Below, one piece after another: positions 49,801 to 63,900 of a stretch of 64,000 nucleotides of DNA. Origin of the DNA: Lepidodermella squamata. Its lineage: Eukaryota > Animalia > Gastrotricha. Where the stretch lies: positions 4,154,001 to 4,218,000 of the forward strand of contig JBLDXI010000013.1 in the NCBI GenBank assembly GCA_047495785.1, in the 5' to 3' direction. How positions within the stretch are numbered: the first letter of the stretch is position 1; each line of letters starts with the position of its first letter. A model generated the notes under the pieces. It saw only the letters and a list, made by a program, of their open reading frames with translations, was not told the origin of the DNA and did no database searches. Both the position numbers and the translations under genes were made by a program.

Positions 49801-52259
49801 ATTCTAAATTCTAAGTCTTCCCTATCCATTATCCGAAATGTCATGAAAGGAAAGTAAAATTTACCGGAGGAAACCTGAAATCCTCAGTTAGCGGCTTGGT
49901 TTTTTCGGTATTTCATCTGATTGTTTCAGATTTTCAAAGACAATTTTCTGACGAATTTTTTGGTATCTGAAATTTCTCAGGCTTTCATTTTTGGCCTTTT
50001 TGATCTAATTCCATCCAATTTCTTCGGTTGTTTTACTTCTTGGAAACATACAAGTTGAAACCCATATTAGTATAATTTATGCTCGGCCTACTTTCAGCGG
50101 AACCTAATATGTCTTCTGCGATGTCTTCTTGACCGAAACTGAAAGCTTTAATGATTGGCTCGTCCATAGTTCCTTTTCTGAAATTCTGAAATGCAATGAT
50201 TTATTTGAAAAATCCAACAAATTACAAAAAATTGTACTTTATATTTAGCACGCAAGGCCTGGTTATCACTTTAAGAATAATTTAACGTAATTTTCGAATT
50301 CATATGACACTTTAACAGCCTGGGTTTGGTGACAATGTGTGGTTTGGTGAACATAGGGCTATTCTCCTAGACAAATTGACAAATCCTCTTTAATAATTTG
50401 ACTGGAATCAAAAATTAGTTACGCCTTAGGGTTCGGCCGAACCTGACTCGGCGAAACTTGTTCATTAGTATTTGGAACTTGATGGTCTAATTTTCCGGAG
50501 TATGTTTCGCATTTCTTGAAGTCTAATCTGTTATTTTTGTTTTTCCAGCCAAAATTGGTACTTTTGGGCATTGACGAAGCTGCAAACGGCCACCGGAAAT
50601 CGCCAAGGTCTAGCAGTCGTTACGCTCTGTGTCGCAGCTCTAGCCGTGGGTGTCGGCGTGTGGAAGCGCTCCTAATTTGTCTCCGAAAAATTCTGAACAA
50701 ACCGCGTCTGCTCTCTGTGTTCTTCTGCTATAACCTGTTTTCATTCTAGCCAATATAGAGATCGAATTTTGTTTCTAAATGTGAAAATTGTTGGACTAAA
50801 CGAGTAACTTACGACTAAAACGAAACGTGTGTGCTTTTTTTACTACTTCACAACTTTTCGTGTTGCATGTATTGTGATGCACTGATGAAACCGGCGATAA
50901 ATCCGCAATCACTCCTGAGAGAAAAAACAACAATACTAGATGCCGTTTGTTGCTATTTGCTTAGCCATTTTTTGTGAAAAAAATTAACTGGTCTCGTATT
51001 CAAGAGGGAACTGCTCTGTTTTTTTTTCCGTTGTCAATTGTAGCACTTGAAGATTATTCTTTTCGAAAATTAATAATATAGTATATTATGAGAATCGAAT
51101 ATGCTGAATCGATGATGAAAATAACACTAATATAAACTATTAAAAATGTGAATATTCATCAAACCTAGTTTTGTTTTAATTTCAAATTATGCAGTCCGAC
51201 GGAGAATCGGATTCGTACCGCGAACGGCAGGCGAAAATAGCAAAATTAGTTCAAAATATCAAGCAGAAACAGGCTGAATCTGAGCTGCAAAGGTAGAAAA
51301 TCGTAAAAAAACAGTGGACAATTTTCTGAATCATTTTTTTGTTCAGCAATAATTGGTATCATTGGGCTAGCGCGAAATTGAAACCAATCGCTGGCGATAA
51401 ACCTTTCCTAACAATTTTTGCGATATTGACCGCTGGTGCTGCAATCGGAATCGCGTACTGGAAACTTTCAGCTTGATTTAAAATTTAATAAACCTTGCGC
51501 TTTCATTGTTAGTCAGTAACACGTCATGTAATATCGTTGTTTTTAATAAATATCATTTTTTCTCTTCAGTTTTTTTTCAAATAATCATCAACTACAAACC
51601 CAAACATAAACCAAGGCACACGATGATTCATGCGAAGTGTGCGATAATAATAGACAAAAAATAAAACGTATCATTTCAAATATTGTCACAGGCTCGATAT
51701 AATATTATTGATAAATAATCAAAAGCGGGGTTCGATAATAATTCGTAAGCAATATTTGTAAAATTAAGGCGAATATCTCAGAAGTCACGTTAGTATAAAA
51801 CCGTTGTATGAAGGCCCGGATCATTTTCCGTCGTAAAATCTAGTGTCATTAAGACCCGACACCAGAGCTGTACAATTTGATTAAAACAGTAAAGGCACAA
51901 ACAATAGCGACAACATGTTAAGATCATAACTTTTAAAATATCATTTGTCGACTATTGCTATTATCTTATGCATAATATATCATTATTATTCAGCTAAGAA
52001 CAATATCGAGGTTGACGAGAACGAAATCATTTATCATCACAATTTAGACCAGCGCGATTTTTCCGATCAATAGGTATTTTTTTGTAGAATCTCAATTTGC
52101 TAGAACGACGAAATCAACGACATAAATCCGTGATCAGATGTCCCTTGCATAGGGGGAGTGATCTTTGCGTAAACTGGAATGCTTGTAAAAATTCGTAATA
52201 TTGTCAAGTCTAGCTACTAATGGAGCATTTTTCAGAGCTCTGATCAAGAAATAATGATT

Positions 52260-55200
52260 TCAGTTGCGGGAACTCGGCCTCGCGCCAGGCCCCGACCCGG
52301 AAATAACAGCATTGAAGCCGTTTTTCTGCCTCACGCTAACCCATTGCTTCCAATTAGCACGAGATTGATCGTCGAGGGATTTTCGCAAATTTTTACGGAA
52401 AGCAGCCATGTCACCTTGGGGTTGAGAAGCACCGCCCTGAGATATCACCCACGGGTGGCATAACACGTCGGGTGAGGTGTAGCGGCGACGTGCGTCAACA
52501 ATCAACAGCTTTGAAATGAGTTCCTTCGCCACTGTTAAAACACAATTTATTAAAAAATTGAAATAATTTCGAAAAATAGAGAACATACAGACTGATACTG
52601 TGTCCCAATATGGCGATAAAAAGACGAATTTTCCTGATTTAATTTGCGCGAATAGTTCGGACTGGCGACGTTTTTGACTTCGGAAGGGAGGAAAGCCGCA
52701 TAGCAAAATGTAGGAAATGACACCTAGAGCCCAAAGATCGACCTCCAAGCCATAACCTGTGAATATAAATTGAATTTTACAATAATTTGTTTCGAAAATT
52801 TTCATAAAATCCTATAAAAAAATTAAATCGAAATTTTCCAATTTTTCAATTTTTTTTATAAATATTATTTTTGTAAAATCCCACCTTCTTCAGTTAGAAT
52901 TTCGGGGGCCACGTAGGTTGGAGTTCCGCAAACGCTGTAAATCTTCTCCGTAACTTCCATCGCCAAGCCGAAATCGCCCAATTTCAACGTAACATTGCCG
53001 CTTTGTGGAGAACGTAGCACCAGTAAATTTTCAGGCTTCAAATCCCTATGAAAGAAAAAAAACTTATTTGAAAGGATTTTTAATCGATTTTTTTCACGAA
53101 TTACCTGTGCACGATGCGTCGCGAATGCAGGTAGAACAAACCAGACGCCATGTCATGCACCATTTTTGAAGCTGTGGGCTCGTCGAACTTCACAGCAGCG
53201 GTTATAGCGTCGAATAAATCGCCATCGGGAACAAGCTCCATCACCAGGAAAATCTCCTTATCCGTCTCATACATCTCATACAACTTGACGAGGTTTTGAT
53301 GATCACAGGCGCGCATTATGCGAATTTCATTTTCAACCATGTGAAATTTGCCCTTCAGCTTAGATTTGTCGATAATTTTCATCGCGTACTCAGCGCCGGT
53401 TTTCCGCCGCTTGCACCGCCTCACGACGGCGAAATTACCGTCGCCAAGCTGTTTACCGACGTATTCGAACCTAGTTGTAACATGGTCGATTTTCGACAAC
53501 TGCCGGCTCAATTTGCCAACAACAACCCGACCGGGAGCTGAATTGGGTGCGGTTGTCGACGACCGGCTAGCGGGTCGTGAGTCGTTGCGGCCGTCGATTA
53601 TCAATGGCTGGTGTTCTAATTTCGGCCGATTCGGTTGTTTCTTACTCTCAAGCGGCGGCGGTTGCGGCTCGGTCGCCTTGACTTCCGTGGCCGGTGGAAC
53701 CCGGCTGCTGCTGCTTTCACCGGTTTGTTTCGCAGCAGGAGTTTGACGCGGCGTTGACGTGACCGTTATTAGGGGCTCGGGCGCTACCACTGGCTCGGCT
53801 TGTTCTAGCACCGGTTGCTCTACCGGAAGACTCTCAGCTTCAACCACCTTCTCCTCCGCCTCCACCTTGGCCTGGCCGATTTCCGGCAGAACCGCGTACT
53901 TTTGAACGTTAGCCGTCGGCACCTGTTGCTTGTCGAGAAGATCCGCAAGCTCAGGATCGACCTCCCATGTACTTTTCGGCGCATTCGAGGCATTCACTGA
54001 ACCAGGGCTAGGATTCGCCGGTAGCTGGTGGTCGAGCGGCAATGGGAGGATGCCGCTGGGTTTCGGGCGATTGGAAGGTAATTGAACCGGTTTGAGGGTT
54101 TTTTCGACTTGCGCGCTTTCGACGCTTTTCGCCTCGAAAACCGTCGGCAATTCGTCACGAGGCGAGCGTTGCGATTCAGCTAGAACAATATTATGGTCAA
54201 CAGAATTAACTACCGCGCTTTGATTCGCTGGTTGTTGCGCGTTGGCGTTACTATTAGGCGAGTTGCTTTCTTTCGTCAGTGTTTCTTCAACAAAACCAGA
54301 GTCTTTTTTCATTCTTTCACCGTCGATTCGACTCCGGCTATCGGAAGCGGGAACAGCTGATGCGACTACGGGAGGGGGTGGGCCTGATACGTTTTCAACG
54401 CCGCTTCGACCGGTTTTCGGCATTTTACTCGTCGACTCTGAAACGCTTTCATCACCATCGGCGTCTTTCGACGTCCGCTTAACGCTGACATTGTTCGAGG
54501 TGGTAGCTAGTTGCTGCTTTTGATTACTAACAGCCTGGTGGGCAGCAGTGGTTTGCGCGTCACTTGACGGCTTCCGCTTTCGTGTTCTTTGATTTTCCCA
54601 CGATTTGAATATATTTTTCGGTGCAGTGTTATTTGGATACAGCTCATTGATAATGTCTTTCAGGTCAGCAGTTGTAAACTTTTCGCTACCAAGCGCGATG
54701 TAATGATCGTCGACTTTGAAAAAATCAGCAGGCTGTAAATAATAAAAAAAAATATTTTCAACTTGTTTCATTATTTAGTAGAAATTTCGCCTCTGCTATT
54801 TTCTTAACACTTGTTGATAGTGTTAAGATTTTCTATTATTTGTGGCGTGAAAAACGCAATTGAAAAACAATTGAGATCCCGAGAGATTTAGGAAACCGGC
54901 TGTTTTCTTTCTTGTTCGGCTAAACAAGGCGGATTTTGCTATAACAATTCGCCCCATTATCATTGTTTTATTTATTTTCAGCGATTGCGTCTAGGGGCGA
55001 AACGACACAACGTCCGCCTATAAACAATGCGCGAAAATTTGATTGCAATTGGAGATCGGCGAGCGCGCGGTTCGCGATAGGTATCGGGGAATATCACTGA
55101 AGAAATATAAACAAGCTGGCCAATTACTGGCCCGAATAAATACTACATCCTGAGCGCGCGCGCGCTCGCGACCAAACGCAAGGAGAAGAACGCCGTCACA

Positions 55201-56942
55201 CCACATCTCCTCATAGTCGCACCGCTCAAATAAATAAGCAAATCACGAATTATTATAATATTCATAGCAGCAAAATGCTGGCTGCGGTCGGATGTACTTT
55301 CTAAATACGTAATTGAATGCGCGCCCGTTTTCAAACAGTGACAACGAAAAGAAGCCACGTTTTACACAAATTCAACATCAGTGTACTTTGACGACTGGTG
55401 TGAGGACGCTTCGCCAACTTAGAAACGGCGCGCCGACCCTAAGCGGGTATCGCACACGCGCAGTGTCTATATTTAATTCGAATTTCCCGGCATTAATGTC
55501 TTGCACGATAGCCACACGATGATTTATCTCTATCAAGCCGCTGATACAGCATGTAAAAAGTTTATGAGCTTTTCCGCATACTATGTTTACAATCGTAAGT
55601 AGACACTAAATCGAATCGATTTTAACGGAAGCTAATAACACGCGCAAGTAGCATCGCGGCAAACTGATGAATAATAAAACATGATGAACCAATTTGTAAG
55701 AGAAAATGCCGATTTAGGCTTCATCAGCCGCGGCATAGTCTGATGGTCAAAGATTATACAGATATATGCCGGCACATATTACTTCTTAAATGACAGAATT
55801 ATTTGATGCAAATTCAACAGCGAAAACGTACCGATGTTATTTCCACGCCGTGTATAGAATAGAGTCGTCGTATCTTGCCACTTGCAAATTCAGCAGCGGG
55901 CGCTAGGGATGTATCGTGCCCATTTTCGCTGGATACTATTAAAGCAAACTGATGCTGCAGTTCGTTTATCAGGCGATCCATCGTCGGAAAAGTGTGAGGG
56001 CTCAAAAATATGCGAATAGTTTTGCGTGGCCGTATCGCATTGCTGATGACGACAAACAGCTGACAAAAGGCACAAGAGAAAAGTTGAAAAAGGCATTAAT
56101 CGACTTTTCAAATAGAAATTATCAATGAAGCGCAGTTTTTACTGCACTTAGCATGTCAAAGGCATTAATTAACGCCGCTGTATGTAGCTACAGCAACCTT
56201 ATCTATCATGTGAGAATTCAAGCGAATGGAAAAATTGACAATAAATAGATGTATTAGCACATTTTGTCCAATTGAAAACAAAACGCATATTTTCCAGGTC
56301 AATTGAACATAACTAAAAAATATACCTTTGATTTTCCGTCTCTTGGACTCCGGATATCGCGGGATAACGATGCGGCAGCAGGCTCTTTGACAATGTGAGC
56401 AAACTTTGACGACTCATCGTCGTGAGAAATTCTTGGATTTATTCGCTGCCTAATATTGGCACTGGGTTTTGGCGCAAGTGGCGCTTTTGAGGTGCGAGTC
56501 GGCTCATTGCTCATGAAGTCACCGTAGTTCAACGGCCGAAATTGTTCGAAACCAGCGCAAACGTAACCTTTTCCGTCCGCCAATTCGTCAAGGTCGCGGA
56601 TTTTACGCCCAGATGTAGGGCTGAATATTTGACGGACGCCATACGGCAGCGAAGAAACGCTGGGTAGTTTGCCGGTTAGATCATTCAAAAAGTCACTGAA
56701 GTTGTGATATCGTGACGGGACTATAAATACCTTCTTCCCTAAAACGTAAAAATAACAATCAAATCGTGGAGCTCTCATTATAATGTCACATTCTCACCTT
56801 TGAAAAATTTATCGCCGTTGCAAAAAAGAACGACGCGCTTAGATAAGCCACCGTCCATTCCTCTCCTGGAATTGGACATTTTCGGCAAGGCGGAAGATGC
56901 TGAATTTGTGTAGGCCGCGTTTTGTGTCAGAACTGCAGCCAT
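52260..56942 (-). CDS. Doublecortin-like kinase (DCLK3-like); about 7 exons approx. 56942-56798, 56737-56326, 56070-55833, 54732-53105, 53046-52885, 52756-52594, 52532-52260
   Basis: DCX domain ([33 protein letters not shown]), second DCX-like exon, CAMK kinase [57 protein letters not shown]. Confidence 0.9.
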
Positions 56943-58571
56943 CTGATAGGATTATTCGAGTAGATGTAGCATTGGTTTATCGGTATCGGTACTGTCTCTC
57001 AGCTACATTTCATCTGTGAATAAGAGATGATCTACCAATAAAGTCAAAACTTTGTCAATAAATAAGGTGGAAATCTATCGCCGATGCAATCGCTCAAGAG
57101 CTGTTTTAGAGTTACGAATGACGAATAAGCTTGACCAACTCAGTAAAGAGAGCATGCAAGAAACGTGTGTAACCTAAGTGAATAGCTTCACATTAACGTG
57201 TCACGCTATACATGATTTAGATTAAGGTAAGGCATAAGGCAGTGTTTAAACATCATCGTTGGAGCATTAACTTGAATTAAAGGAAACACAATACAAATTA
57301 TTTCCCCTCGATTCTTTTGTAGCGTAAAAAGGTCACATCGATTACGATTATTCATGGTAATTAAATAGGAATATGCACACACCCCAACTACGATAATTGT
57401 TGTATAACTATGATAAATAAATGAGTCTTTGACATAGATTTCTAATGGCTCATTCAACCGACAATGTATATACCAAGTTCAAACGATGAGGCGACAGAAA
57501 CCCGCTTGATTCACTCTCGAATGGTCATATGTTTATTATATCATCAAGTTACCGTCCGAATATTATGCCAGCCTCCTTTAAATGTCAGATTAGAGGTAGT
57601 CAACATGTGGAACTGTCTTTTCTAAAGGTTTTATATGGGCTCGTAAACTATGGCTTCTGGGTCGGACGTTAGAAAACAACAGATATTAAGGTATTTAATG
57701 CGGAAATAACGGTACTATAGTCACCAGCCAGCTCATTGAAGGCCGATGTGGGTTACCAATAAGCAACATTAAAGAGCCCTGAATAGATCAGACCAGCAAA
57801 ATATCACTTAACACACTAACAGACTAACAAGAGATCCAAGGCCAATTTACGGATTTGACAATGAGATAAATGATAAAATAACACTTTTCACTGAGTCTTG
57901 GAGAGCTTGAGCCATGGTATCGAATACAGAGAAGCAACAACCAATGTGCGCCAAGTGGTAAGAGTGACCTTCTCAACAAAATTCATTCTATTGATGCATG
58001 AGCTTTAACTAGTACACGAATTACTGCCGATTAGAACAGCACTAAACCAACAAGTCATAAGCTGGCAATAATATTGCATGATGTTTGTTTTTTGCAGGGT
58101 CCATGGATTGCAAAAATAATGCGTATCTAAGAAAAACAAAATTGTTGAGCTTTAAATAATCAAAGTTGTAAAATTATTTTTTAATATTAAGAGAAAACAT
58201 GTGTTAAATATGAATGGAAATTTTCGGGAAATTCATTGTTTTTTGAGAATCGCGGGGAGCCTGAATCGTTTCTGTTTGAACTTGGTTTCCGTTGATGTCT
58301 TGCAGGGAGGTAAATCGCCCATGACACACATGTTATTGTCTGAAAGCATGTCCCATGTTCGTAAGGAGCAACCAACAACCAGAGGAGAGGCACAATGAAG
58401 GAGGGAAAAAATGATGGTCTCGTTTCGACGTTCGAAAGCGCCGCTAACTTCCTCGGCCGACTGATAGCCGATCAAAATCAATCACCGGCCTATGACGTCG
58501 GTACTTGATATCTGATGCTTGGATTTTTATTACAATAGCAAGAATAATTTTTGTTTGGAGTTGATTTCCCA

Positions 58572-58981
58572 ATGCGTGTTAAATCCACCAAGTATGAAAA
58601 AGTTGGAAAGCTTACGATCTTGCCCTCGCTTGCCCTCGTCGTTTTGGTAATGCAAAATGTGCTATTAGCTATTATTATGCCGTTGTTTCGTTACCAGAAC
58701 TTTCAAAGTATGGAGGTAAGTCTTACATCTTTCCACCTCGAATGAAATTGAGTGATCATGATGACTTTTGAGGCTTGATGTCCTTGCAATTTGTTGTCTG
58801 CTAAATGGGTTAACAACGCATGCAGCTCAATTAGGTATCCAATCATTTCTAGTAAGATCAGCCAAGCTGCTTACTCAGCTCTAACTCAAAACATAATTTT
58901 GGCTCTTTGCAGTTGGTTTTACTTTTTAGTGCCGGATCAGTCGTCGCCAATTACATTCCTAGATTGCTCATCGCATACTGA
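58572..58981 (+). other. Possible small hydrophobic protein or nucleotide-sugar-transporter-like gene fragment (exons 58572-58715 and possibly 58913-58981)
   Basis: MRVKSTKYEKVGKLTILPSLALVVLVMQNVLLAIIMPLFRY ends at a GTAAGT donor; resembles SLC35A TM1; a nearby acceptor would give a 70-aa product. Confidence 0.3.
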
Positions 58982-59238
58982 GCCGTGTGGAGCCAGTTAT
59001 TTTAAATCTATCGCTGAGAAAGAAACGGCATGCTATAAATGATTGCAAGCTAAAATATATTGCGCTCAGATTGATTCGATGTCTTCATCTTTGATCAAAT
59101 GTTAAGCGTTTCAATTTTGGAACATATTTGGAATATTGCGCCTGTTTGGTCTCATCGTATAGGTTCCTCGGTTTAGATGCCTTTGCACTTTTTTATTACT
59201 CTTCATACATTTTTTATTAGATCGCGTTATTATTGACA

Positions 59239-60824
59239 ATGGACGTTTCAGCGAAAAGAAAAGTAATTGAGGATCAGATGGCTCTTGTTCCTAGCAAGCG
59301 ACCTAAAGAGACAGATCTGATTTTGCATAGCGCTGCCACTGGAATGTCTACGTCGGTTCAAAAAAGCCTGCCGACAGTGAGTTGAGCCGATATGATAACC
59401 TGTTGATTCTGAGACTCTTATTCATTTATTTAGGGTTATCAAAGGACCTCACAATTAATGGCTCCTACTGTTCAGCTCTCGGGTCACGATGGTGAGATTT
59501 TCGCCGCTAAGTTTACAAACTCTGGGGAAATGATCGGGTCAACGGGCTTTGATCGTCAGATCTGTAAGTCTGCTCAAAGCACTTTCGGTTATGAATTACG
59601 TATGTCTTTGTATCTTCTCAGTTTTATGGAGCGTCTACGGCGAAATCACGAATATCTGTGTGATGACAGGACACTCGGGAGCTATCCAGGAGCTGCATTT
59701 TAATTCTGATGATACGTTAGTAATTCGTTAAACTTTACATATTGCTTGATGAAAATTATGTCAATTTAGTCGAATTTACACTGCCTCAACTGACAAAACA
59801 GTGGGTCTTTGGGATGTCGAAACTGGCTCCCGTATAAAGCGAATGAAAGGCCACAATAACTTCGTGAACACCTGTTGCCCGGTGCGACGAGGGCCTCCTC
59901 TCGTTTGCTCCGGATCTGACGACAACACCATTCGTTTATGGGACGAGCGCCGACGGGGTAGCATTCTGACACTTCAGACTGATTACCAGGTATATCCACA
60001 TCATAAATTTCATGATTTTGGCTTATCTTGAGTGAATTTTCAGGTGACATCTGTGTGCTTCAACGATACTGCCGAAAAGATATTTTCCGGAGGTATCGAT
60101 AACGTCATCAAGGTACGTCATGCCCATATTTGCTTATCGGAATAAACACGAATGTGACGTCATTTTTGAAAAAATTACGATAACTTACAAATAGCGTGAC
60201 ATTCATGGTTTAGCATCGTAAAAAAAGCTATGATGAATAGTATTTGCATTTTAATTATTTGTTCGCTGCATTAAATCACAGATGTGGGATTTGCGGAACA
60301 ACACCGTTGCTGAGCGCTTAGTAGGGCATACTGATACTATTACTGGACTTGAATTAAGCCCAGATGGCAATTACCTGCTCAGTAATGCTATGGTACGTGA
60401 TTTTACAACGTTTCAATGAAATCGTTTCTGATAATTTGTGAAAATTCAGGATAACTCACTGCGCATTTGGGATATCAGACCATTCGCGCCACAAGAACGC
60501 TGTACTAAGATTCTATACGGCCACCAACATACGTTTGAAAAGGTGTGTGGTTTTTAATATTATTTTTCTGAGAAATAATTCAACTTTATCCAGAATTTAT
60601 TGCGGTGCGCTTGGTCTCCTGATGGGCAGCGAGTCGCCTGCGGTAGTGGAGATCGTTTTGTCTGCGTTTGGGACGTCGCTACCACAAGACTAGTCTACAA
60701 ATTGCCCGGACATAATGGCTCAGTTAATGAAGTGGACTTTCACCCCAACGAGCCAATTATTCTTTCAGCATCAAGTGATCGCTCTTTGTATTTAGGCGAG
60801 CTGCAGCCGGTCTCGACTTTGTGA
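59239..60824 (+). CDS. SNRNP40: U5 snRNP 40 kDa WD40 protein, about 8 exons
   Basis: RTSQLMAP..LSGHDGEIF, YTASTDKTVGLWD, GHTDTITGLELSPDGNYLLSNAMDN, WDIRPFAPQERC, HTFEKNLLRCAWSPDG, YKLPGHNGSVNEVDFHPNEPII. Confidence 0.95.
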
Positions 60825-60944
60825 AATATTGTGTCTTTTTACTTCTTGGTTCTGATCGAAATTGCGTTTCGTTGCCTAGCATAAAACATTTCGATAATTT
60901 TTACCAATTTTGTATTAGATTTTTTACTTAATTTTTGTTTTTAT

Positions 60945-63900
60945 ATGGCAACTCATACCCACAATGAACGGGGTACATTTTTCCAAGGAATTTTCTCGAG
61001 ATTGGTTAATAATAACCATCAAGCCTCGGTCGCGCCGGAGGACGCGGCAGGTACCAATAGAAGCAGCTCGCCTAATGCTAGCCACCAACAACCGGCGGAT
61101 AAGAAGTTATTCGAGAAAACGTGGCGGAGAATGGACGAGGTAGTTCGGCATTGCCAGCACCCGCAAATAAAACTAAAAAATTCACCGCCTTACCTGCTGG
61201 AAATCTTGCCCGAATGCTATCGGCATTTGTATAACATACTCGACAACAGCACGCCGGCGTCACTTGACTCGGATTACATGCGGATATTTTTGCTCAATAT
61301 GATCGCCAAGTGTAAACGGGTGAAACGCCTGTTTACCGATGCTAAGGACAAAATGTACGACGAGAAGTCGCAGGCGAGGCGAGATTTAACCAAATTCGCC
61401 CTCGTTTTCTCTCACATGTTTTTCGAGCTGAAATCGCTGTATCCGCAGGATAAAAACTATACTTTTATCGGAAGTGACGGGCCAAATGGATTTCGGATAA
61501 CTAAAGTGGATGCTGCTGATTGGTGGCGGGCAAGTTTCGGCCCGTCGGTCATAGTGCCGTGGGAGGATTTCCTCCGCAAATTTTGTGATTTGTACAAGAT
61601 TGACACGCGCTGCGAAGTGTTGGCGCTGAAAACAACGCTAGATTTAACCTGTGATGACTACGTTTCTATTTTCGAATTCGACGTTTTCACGCGGCTTTTT
61701 CAGCCGTGGAATAATTTACTCGCGTGTTGGAAACTTCTTGCCGTCGTTCATCCGGCTTTTGTTGCCTTCATGACGTACGACGATGTGAAGGACAAATTAT
61801 CGAAATTTAACAACAAACCAGGCAGTTATATATTTCGCATGAGCTGCACTCGGTTAGGCCAATGGGCCATCGGTTATGTTACTACACAAGGCGAAATCCT
61901 CCAAACCATTCCACAGAACAAGTCTCTTGCTCAAGCTCTGGTTGATGGGCAGAACGAAGGATTGTAAGTCTATCTCATTTGCAGGCCAGATATAATAATC
62001 AGCATGGCTTTATTTATAAACCTTACTAGTGTCACTAACGGTTTTCCGTTCTGAAGGAGGGACATTTTATTTCCCTAAGCTGACGTATACGTATTCATAT
62101 GCACAAACAGGCTGTGCATCTCTGGGTCCGGGGCACCATTTTTACAAGATGATAGACTTTAAAACTGCGAACTTCTCCTGAAATTAGGGCACACGTGCTT
62201 GAAAGGGTCGCGAGCCTTAATTTTGTCTGTGACTTCTGGAAATGTGCATTGCATATAATATTTCCCTCATAATTGCATTATCTCGCTACAAAAAATATTC
62301 TATCAAATTATGCTCCAGTTTCTGAAGTCGAGAATTTCATTCCTATTATAGCTCCAGGTTTTGAATTAATATATTTTGAAAGATGAAAGCTATTTATGGA
62401 GCTATTAGTTAGGCTCTGAGTCAATAGTCATGTAAATTTCAAAGTTGTTCAATTTTTAACTTGAAACTGCCAGCGGTTTTTACGCTAATTTTCTGGCATT
62501 ACGATTCAAACGAATACGGAATATCTTTTAGCGGAAGCAAATTTACGGTGAGCGGAACCTAATTTGCTGTAGCGGAACCAAATATGCTTTAGCTGAACCA
62601 AATTTGCTTTTTGCGGAACCAAATTCAAAATAGGCCAAGAGTCATTTTTTGAATATTTCTACGAAATGTAGACTAAACATGAATTCTGAACTGAACACTC
62701 TGTCTTATAGAGAAAATTGCGCTGAACTCACTGGTGAATTTTCTAGAATTTTTGTGGCCAATCTTGACCTGCAATAAATATCCGAAAAGCGATTTCAGGC
62801 CACTAGAAAAGTCTAAAATTTGGTTCCGCTACCAGCAAATTTGGTTCCGCTAACAGGAGGACCCTAGCAAATATATTTAGGCGGGCTGCTGAAGAAGCTG
62901 AATATTTGTTGCACTGCAGACGATTTTTACATGTTGAGTATTGAAATTTCAACAAAGATTAATGATTATTTGTGTTACTAAGAATAACTGAATTTTCATT
63001 GAATTCCTTGGATTTTCCAGCTCGGCATCGAGGAAATATTCAGCATTATTTATTCCATTCTAAAATAAGTTGGTCAAAATTACGGATTCAGTCGGTGATT
63101 CAACATATGGGTTCGTAATAAAATAGAGCTCTGTCGATTTATCCAGTAGTTGGCGCGCTTACTTATTCCTCTTAGTGATTATTACTCATAGAAAAACTCC
63201 CTTGATAAATGACTACAAAATTTCCTTGATTTATTCACTCTTGATATTTGACTATACTACTTTTATTTTTTTCAGTTATAAATACCCGAATGGCCAAGAC
63301 GTAGATGGGCCCGACATAACAGTTTTGCTGTCTAGCGACGTTCCCGAGGACCAAGTCGTTGTTTCACAGGAGATGTTTGAGGTGTACGTGGAGATGGGCA
63401 CTACATTTCAAGCGTGCAAGATTTGCACTGACCGCGACAAAGACACTCGCATCGAGCCGTGTGGCCATCTGATTTGCTCAGTGTGTGTAAACAAGTGGAT
63501 GGTAAATATTGTTATATCGCCGAATAATTTTGTCTTGTTAAATCAATATAATTTCTTTTCAACACAGAATCACGATAGAAATCACTCTTGCCCGTTTTGT
63601 AGAAGAGAAATAAAAGGAACTGGGCCGATTCGAGTGGAAGTGAACGCCGCGTCATCGACTGTCGAACGGCATAAATCGGCGAAAACCGCTCAGCCTGTTA
63701 ATGGTTCGCCGAGATTAGCACAGAAAGGCACGTCAAGTACCCGAACTTCGGCCCAGGGTGTTGTAGAAAATGGTATTCAACGATCCGGTTCGTCTCCTGA
63801 TCTTCCGACCAGCTCGAATGCTGAAGTCCCTCCGTCTTCCGACGTACCGCCACCGGCCGCTCCACCCCCGCTGCCGCCTCTTATCGCGCCGATTGCTTTG

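Noticed and set aside
49810-50760. Minus-strand coding-like stretch between PTP and DCLK
   Set aside because: Multiple stops and no recognisable motif, so it cannot be assigned to a gene or TE family
62530-62627. Regularly spaced repeats resembling a CRISPR array
   Set aside because: Units are contiguous with no unique spacers, there are no cas genes, and the context is a eukaryotic intron
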